Shown here one piece after another: positions 59,892 to 64,000 of a stretch of 64,000 bases of DNA (the first letter of the stretch is position 1; each line of letters starts with the position of its first letter). This stretch comes from an uncultured Poribacteria bacterium (GTDB taxonomy: Bacteria; Poribacteria; WGA-4E; WGA-3G), in the NCBI GenBank assembly GCA_958296135.2, contig CATQHZ020000001.1, positions 4,576,001 to 4,640,000 of the forward strand, in the 5' to 3' direction. Below the pieces are notes generated by a model. That model had not been told where the DNA came from, did no database searches, and saw only the letters and a list, made by a program, of their open reading frames with translations. The translations under genes were made by a program, and so were the position numbers.

Positions 59892-61571
59892 ATGAAGAAA
59901 AATCAACTTCTGGCACTACTTTGTCTACTCATCGCCTTCCCTATTCACGCGTTCGCAGCGGACATGAACGTTGTCTGGACGCGCACGGGTGCCGTGCTTG
60001 AAACGGAACAGCACGTTAAAGGCACGCTCAAAATCGAAGTGTTATCAGAAACGGAAACACTTCTTCCTGCCAAGGTCTCACGGCTAAACCCTCAACAGAT
60101 GCTGATGCGATGCGCGTGGGAACCGAACCAGAACTATCACGTGACGCTCACCTCTGATGCAGACGTGCTCGTTTCAGAATCCCGAACGCCGCTCAAACCA
60201 GTGCTGTATCCCATCCGGACGATTGCGTTGGATGGAGTGTTATCGCTCATGGAAAACCTGCGCCGCCCGGCAAAGCCGACAACGGTAGCGTTTTCAATGA
60301 ATGGAGAAAATGTCGCCATCGCAACGGATACAGGGCACCTCGCGATTGTTGAGACACTGACTGGCGAAACAGTCTGGAAAACCCGCATTTCAGAGGGATA
60401 TGTCAAACACGTCGCCTTCAGTCGCGACGGAAAGTACCTCTATATTAGTGAACAAGCAGCTGATGGATACATCTACAGTTATGACATCAGCGCGCTTGGA
60501 AAGCGTGCCGCCCGGCAGTTGTGGAAATATCGCACCGCTGACGACATTGAGTCTTCTACGCCGCAAGACCCGGGCAGTGTTTATGCGTGGGTGCAATATC
60601 CGGGCCCGTCTCGCATGCTGACGCTGCCAGATGGCGACGTGCTTGTCGCAAGCGTGCATTCGTGGACCAGGGACGATGCGCCGCATCAGAAATCCCAACT
60701 CTACCGATTTGATGAAGAGACAGGCACCGTCAAATGGAAATGGCCCACCGATGGCGCGCTATCGAAAGTTTTGCGATGGTTTGATGTCAGTGCCGATGGA
60801 AAAACGCTGGCACTTTTAACAGATAAAAGTGGGAAAGGAAACGGACAACTTGTCGTCATCAATGTGGAAACGGGCATGGAACGATGGCACGCCACCTTTG
60901 AACCGCTCAAACCCTACTTTGAGGGAGTCACCTTTTGGCGCGGTGTCAGCATCTCACCCAATGGCAAGTTTATTAATGTGACAACCGACGATGGGCGCGC
61001 CTTTATTTTTAAAAGCGCGACTACCGGAAAACAGCGAGAACAGGAACCACTCTGGCATCAAAATTTGACGACTCCCCTAGAAGTGAGCGGTGTCCCGATT
61101 ATCGCCACTTCCGGCACCATCGGCGCGACGAATGCTGCCGCGCTCTTTGTCACCGGCGATACTTATATCCCGTATCATCTCCAAAAAGGCGCGCAACGTC
61201 CGACTACAGCGCATCCAAACGGGATGACATTGTTTGCTTATTCATGGGACGGTGAAAAGGTATGGCAATGGCAATTGGAGAATATGCCGCAAGGCTTACG
61301 AATTGACACCCCCGGTCGCTATGCAGTCCTCGCCGTTTCCAAACGGAGTCAAAACCCGAATGAAAGCCTACACGGCGTTTCCCTCTTCGATCTGGAGGCC
61401 GAAGGAAGCGGTTTGGCGAAATACCTCTACACCTACCGCACGGAAGGGCAGCTGCCTTACGATACGCTTGCCATCAGCGCAGCTGGCACCTTCATCGCCG
61501 TGGTGGAAGTGCCGCTCGTGCTGCCAGATGAGACAGTGCGCGGCAAAAATCGGGTGCATATTCTGTATTAG
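59892..61571 (+). CDS. Secreted WD40/PQQ-like beta-propeller protein
   Basis: Signal peptide; AFS.DG.., TG...W repeats. Confidence 0.75.
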   Translation: MKKNQLLALLCLLIAFPIHAFAADMNVVWTRTGAVLETEQHVKGTLKIEVLSETETLLPAKVSRLNPQQMLMRCAWEPNQNYHVTLTSDADVLVSESRTPLKPVLYPIRTIALDGVLSLMENLRRPAKPTTVAFSMNGENVAIATDTGHLAIVETLTGETVWKTRISEGYVKHVAFSRDGKYLYISEQAADGYIYSYDISALGKRAARQLWKYRTADDIESSTPQDPGSVYAWVQYPGPSRMLTLPDGDVLVASVHSWTRDDAPHQKSQLYRFDEETGTVKWKWPTDGALSKVLRWFDVSADGKTLALLTDKSGKGNGQLVVINVETGMERWHATFEPLKPYFEGVTFWRGVSISPNGKFINVTTDDGRAFIFKSATTGKQREQEPLWHQNLTTPLEVSGVPIIATSGTIGATNAAALFVTGDTYIPYHLQKGAQRPTTAHPNGMTLFAYSWDGEKVWQWQLENMPQGLRIDTPGRYAVLAVSKRSQNPNESLHGVSLFDLEAEGSGLAKYLYTYRTEGQLPYDTLAISAAGTFIAVVEVPLVLPDETVRGKNRVHILY

Positions 61572-61581
61572 CAGAAATAAG

Positions 61582-61610
61582 TTGACATTTTTCCATAAAA
61601 ATGGTAAAAT
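61582..61610 (+). promoter_or_regulatory. sigma70 promoter
   Basis: TTGACA-17-TAAAAT. Confidence 0.7.
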
Positions 61611-61647
61611 ATGTCCATAATAAATTTATAGAAAGGATATTTACCTG

Positions 61648-62418
61648 ATGAAACAAACTTTTTGTGTCATGTTAACGTTGCTACTGGCCGTCGGCTGCGT
61701 CAATAGTGTTTTCGCACAAACGTTGATGAGCGACGAATTTGATGGCACCGGCCAGGCACTCAAATCCTTTTGGCAAGTCAAGGACGGAGAGAAGAGTCCT
61801 TGGGAGCTGAAAGATGGACTGCTCCTCGCGGAAGCGGGGTTTGACCAGAATCTGTGGGGCGATGATACCACCACGCGCTTCTATCAAATCACCGACCAGG
61901 ACGAGTTTGACATTGAAACGTCGATGGTTGTCGATTACGCAGATGCCTGCACCGTCGCCGGCATCGTCGTCTACTCCGCCGCAACGAAGGATACCCAAGA
62001 CCGCGATGGCGAATGGGTAACGCTGAAGTTGTGGGGACGCGGGGCAGCGCAGAACAACAACGCCGTGCTCCAGTATCAACGCCGTCAAAACGATGCCGCG
62101 CCTTATGTCGGAACGCAACCCGACTACAATCCAGAACAGGGCGTTATCCCCATCGAACTCCGCATCAAACGCGAAGGCGACGAATATGAATCCTGGTTCA
62201 AGCCAGATGCCCAAGGCGACTGGGTTTCTGTCAGCAAAGTTACCAACGAACTTCAAGAACCCCTTGAAGTCGGCATTTATGTCGGTATCTGCGAAGGCGA
62301 AGGCCCCGGCAACATGACAGTCACGTTTGACTATTTCCGTGAGGCTTCTAGCCCCGCGACACCCGTAGACCCGCGCGATAGACTTGCTATCACGTGGGGT
62401 GAACTGAAACGCCAGTAA
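61648..62418 (+). CDS. Secreted ConA-like (DUF1349-like) protein with VDPRDRLAITWGELK tail
   Basis: Paralog of 45154 and 62556. Confidence 0.8.
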   Translation: MKQTFCVMLTLLLAVGCVNSVFAQTLMSDEFDGTGQALKSFWQVKDGEKSPWELKDGLLLAEAGFDQNLWGDDTTTRFYQITDQDEFDIETSMVVDYADACTVAGIVVYSAATKDTQDRDGEWVTLKLWGRGAAQNNNAVLQYQRRQNDAAPYVGTQPDYNPEQGVIPIELRIKREGDEYESWFKPDAQGDWVSVSKVTNELQEPLEVGIYVGICEGEGPGNMTVTFDYFREASSPATPVDPRDRLAITWGELKRQ

Positions 62419-62555
62419 CCTGGCACCTCTCCCGGCTGGCGGCTCTCATGTCGCCAGCCATCTTTCTCATAGGCGCGCTTTCAAAGCACGCAACATAAAG
62501 CCGCAGCACGAGGGACAGGCCCTCGCCGTGCTGCGCTTACACAGGAGATAGACTT

Positions 62556-63350
62556 ATGAAACAGATAACTATTTTAGTGCTTATCGGCATCGCGATGATT
62601 TTCGGCACCTTCGCCGCCGAAGCCGCTGATTCCCTCGGTGACCCGTTTGATGGCAACGCTTTAAAAAACCCGAATTGGCAATGGAAAACCTCCAGAGAGG
62701 AAGGCGTTGAACCGAAAGAGTGGGACCTCGGCAAAACGAAAGCCGGCTGGCTGCACATCACCGGCGAACGCGACCGAAACCTCTGGCCCGATGATACGAC
62801 AAACCGGCTCTATCAGGAACACGAAGGCGATTTTGACATCGAAACGCACCTCTACATGGACTACGAAGAAGCCTGCGTCGTAGCGGGAGTCGTCGCTTTC
62901 TCGCCTACCACGAAGGACCATCAGGGACGAGAGGGCGAATGGGTGACGATAAAACTCTGGGGACGCGGACCGGCAAACGATAACAACGCTGTCATTCAAT
63001 ACCAAAAACGGCAGTTTGATGGCGGTGAAGGCCTCGTCGGCGTAGTCCCCGGCTTCCAAGACCCGGCCGGCGAAATGGAACTTTACATGCGCCTCCGCCG
63101 AGAAGGCGATAACTTCACAGCATGGTGGAAACGGAAAGCGAACGATAACTGGACCGACATTGGCGAAACCGAACAAGAATTCGATGAACCGATCGAAGTC
63201 GGCATTTATGTCGGTATCTGTGACAACAAAGGCACACAGATCGCCCAGTTCGAGTATTTTGAAGACCTGCTCGTCCCGTTTGATGTCTCGCCGCGTGCAA
63301 AACTGCCGGTTGCTTGGGGAGACCTCAAACGTCGGCACAGCGCACCCTGA
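62556..63350 (+). CDS. Secreted ConA-like (DUF1349-like) protein with VSPRAKLPVAWGDLK tail
   Basis: Paralog of 61648. Confidence 0.8.
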   Translation: MKQITILVLIGIAMIFGTFAAEAADSLGDPFDGNALKNPNWQWKTSREEGVEPKEWDLGKTKAGWLHITGERDRNLWPDDTTNRLYQEHEGDFDIETHLYMDYEEACVVAGVVAFSPTTKDHQGREGEWVTIKLWGRGPANDNNAVIQYQKRQFDGGEGLVGVVPGFQDPAGEMELYMRLRREGDNFTAWWKRKANDNWTDIGETEQEFDEPIEVGIYVGICDNKGTQIAQFEYFEDLLVPFDVSPRAKLPVAWGDLKRRHSAP

Positions 63351-63438
63351 ACCCATATTTACTGTAGGGCGAGGGCCCGGCAATCGCTAATCGCCGGGGG
63401 TTCCCCCTCGCCGTGCCACGGAAGAATAAAAACCCGCT

Positions 63439-64000
63439 ATGCAGCAACCAAGCTGGCCATCTACACCACAGATTATACACGGCGACTGCTTAAACAAGTT
63501 GCCAGAACTTGAAGAGGCATCCATCCATCTTGTCGTGACAGACCCGCCCTATTTTCTCGATGGCCTCGATGCCGACTGGAAGAAAGGACAAAAGGGTGCG
63601 AAACGCGCCACAGGCGTTATCGGTGGGTTGCCAGTCGGAATGAAATTCGATCCGAAGCAGGGGATTGCCTTACAGGCCTTTATGACAGAAGTGAGCCGCT
63701 TGATGCTCCGGGTGCTGAAGCCGGGCGCGTTCGCAGTCGTGTTTAGCCAGCCGAGGCTGGCTCATCGGATGGCGATAGGACTTGAGGACGCGGGGTTTGA
63801 AATTCGCGATCTTTACGCATGGCACTTCACTCGTCTCGCACAATTCAAGGCGTTCTCTATGGATCATTTCGTCAATCGGATGGACAAAACGGATACGGAA
63901 AAGGAGGCTTTGAAGGCACAACTGCAAGGACGAAAAACGCCGCAGCTGCGCCCGCAATTCGAGGCGATGATCCTCGCACAGAAACCCCGAATCGGAACGT
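63439..64000 (+). CDS. Site-specific DNA methyltransferase (beta class, DPPY), runs off the window
   Basis: Manual translation: IIHGDCL...IHLVVTDPPYF...RVLKPG...GFEIRD. Confidence 0.88.
   Translation, partial: MQQPSWPSTPQIIHGDCLNKLPELEEASIHLVVTDPPYFLDGLDADWKKGQKGAKRATGVIGGLPVGMKFDPKQGIALQAFMTEVSRLMLRVLKPGAFAVVFSQPRLAHRMAIGLEDAGFEIRDLYAWHFTRLAQFKAFSMDHFVNRMDKTDTEKEALKAQLQGRKTPQLRPQFEAMILAQKPRIGT

Overview
Bacterial chromosomal window with no rRNA, CRISPR, transposase or phage genes. It is most likely from Candidatus Poribacteria; this is an inference from LamG/ConA proteins ending in VxPxxKLAxTWGxLK, dockerin plus PNPFNPETWIPYQL C-termini, several PhyH genes and dense GTAG-type REP repeats. 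Housekeeping content: tRNA-Leu, ppiD-like, mqnC, rpoZ, and a tRNA Thr-Tyr-Gly-Thr/rpmG/tRNA-Trp/secE/nusG/rplKAJL cluster that lacks tuf and rpoBC. There is also a hemE-MBL-hemH-hemY-pentaheme cytochrome cluster. Accessory content: a 2835-aa repeat protein with a T9SS-like C-terminal domain followed by a PorV-like barrel and a LysM tether; a cohesin-dockerin-CTD gene behind six tandem sigma70 promoters and a ~550-nt structured leader; a cobalamin-riboswitch operon (BtuG-like propeller with dockerin, ECF-S-like fusion, second propeller); two DNA methyltransferases; and many REP elements, several inserted in frame in proteins. All calls come from reading motifs by eye; no database searches were run.
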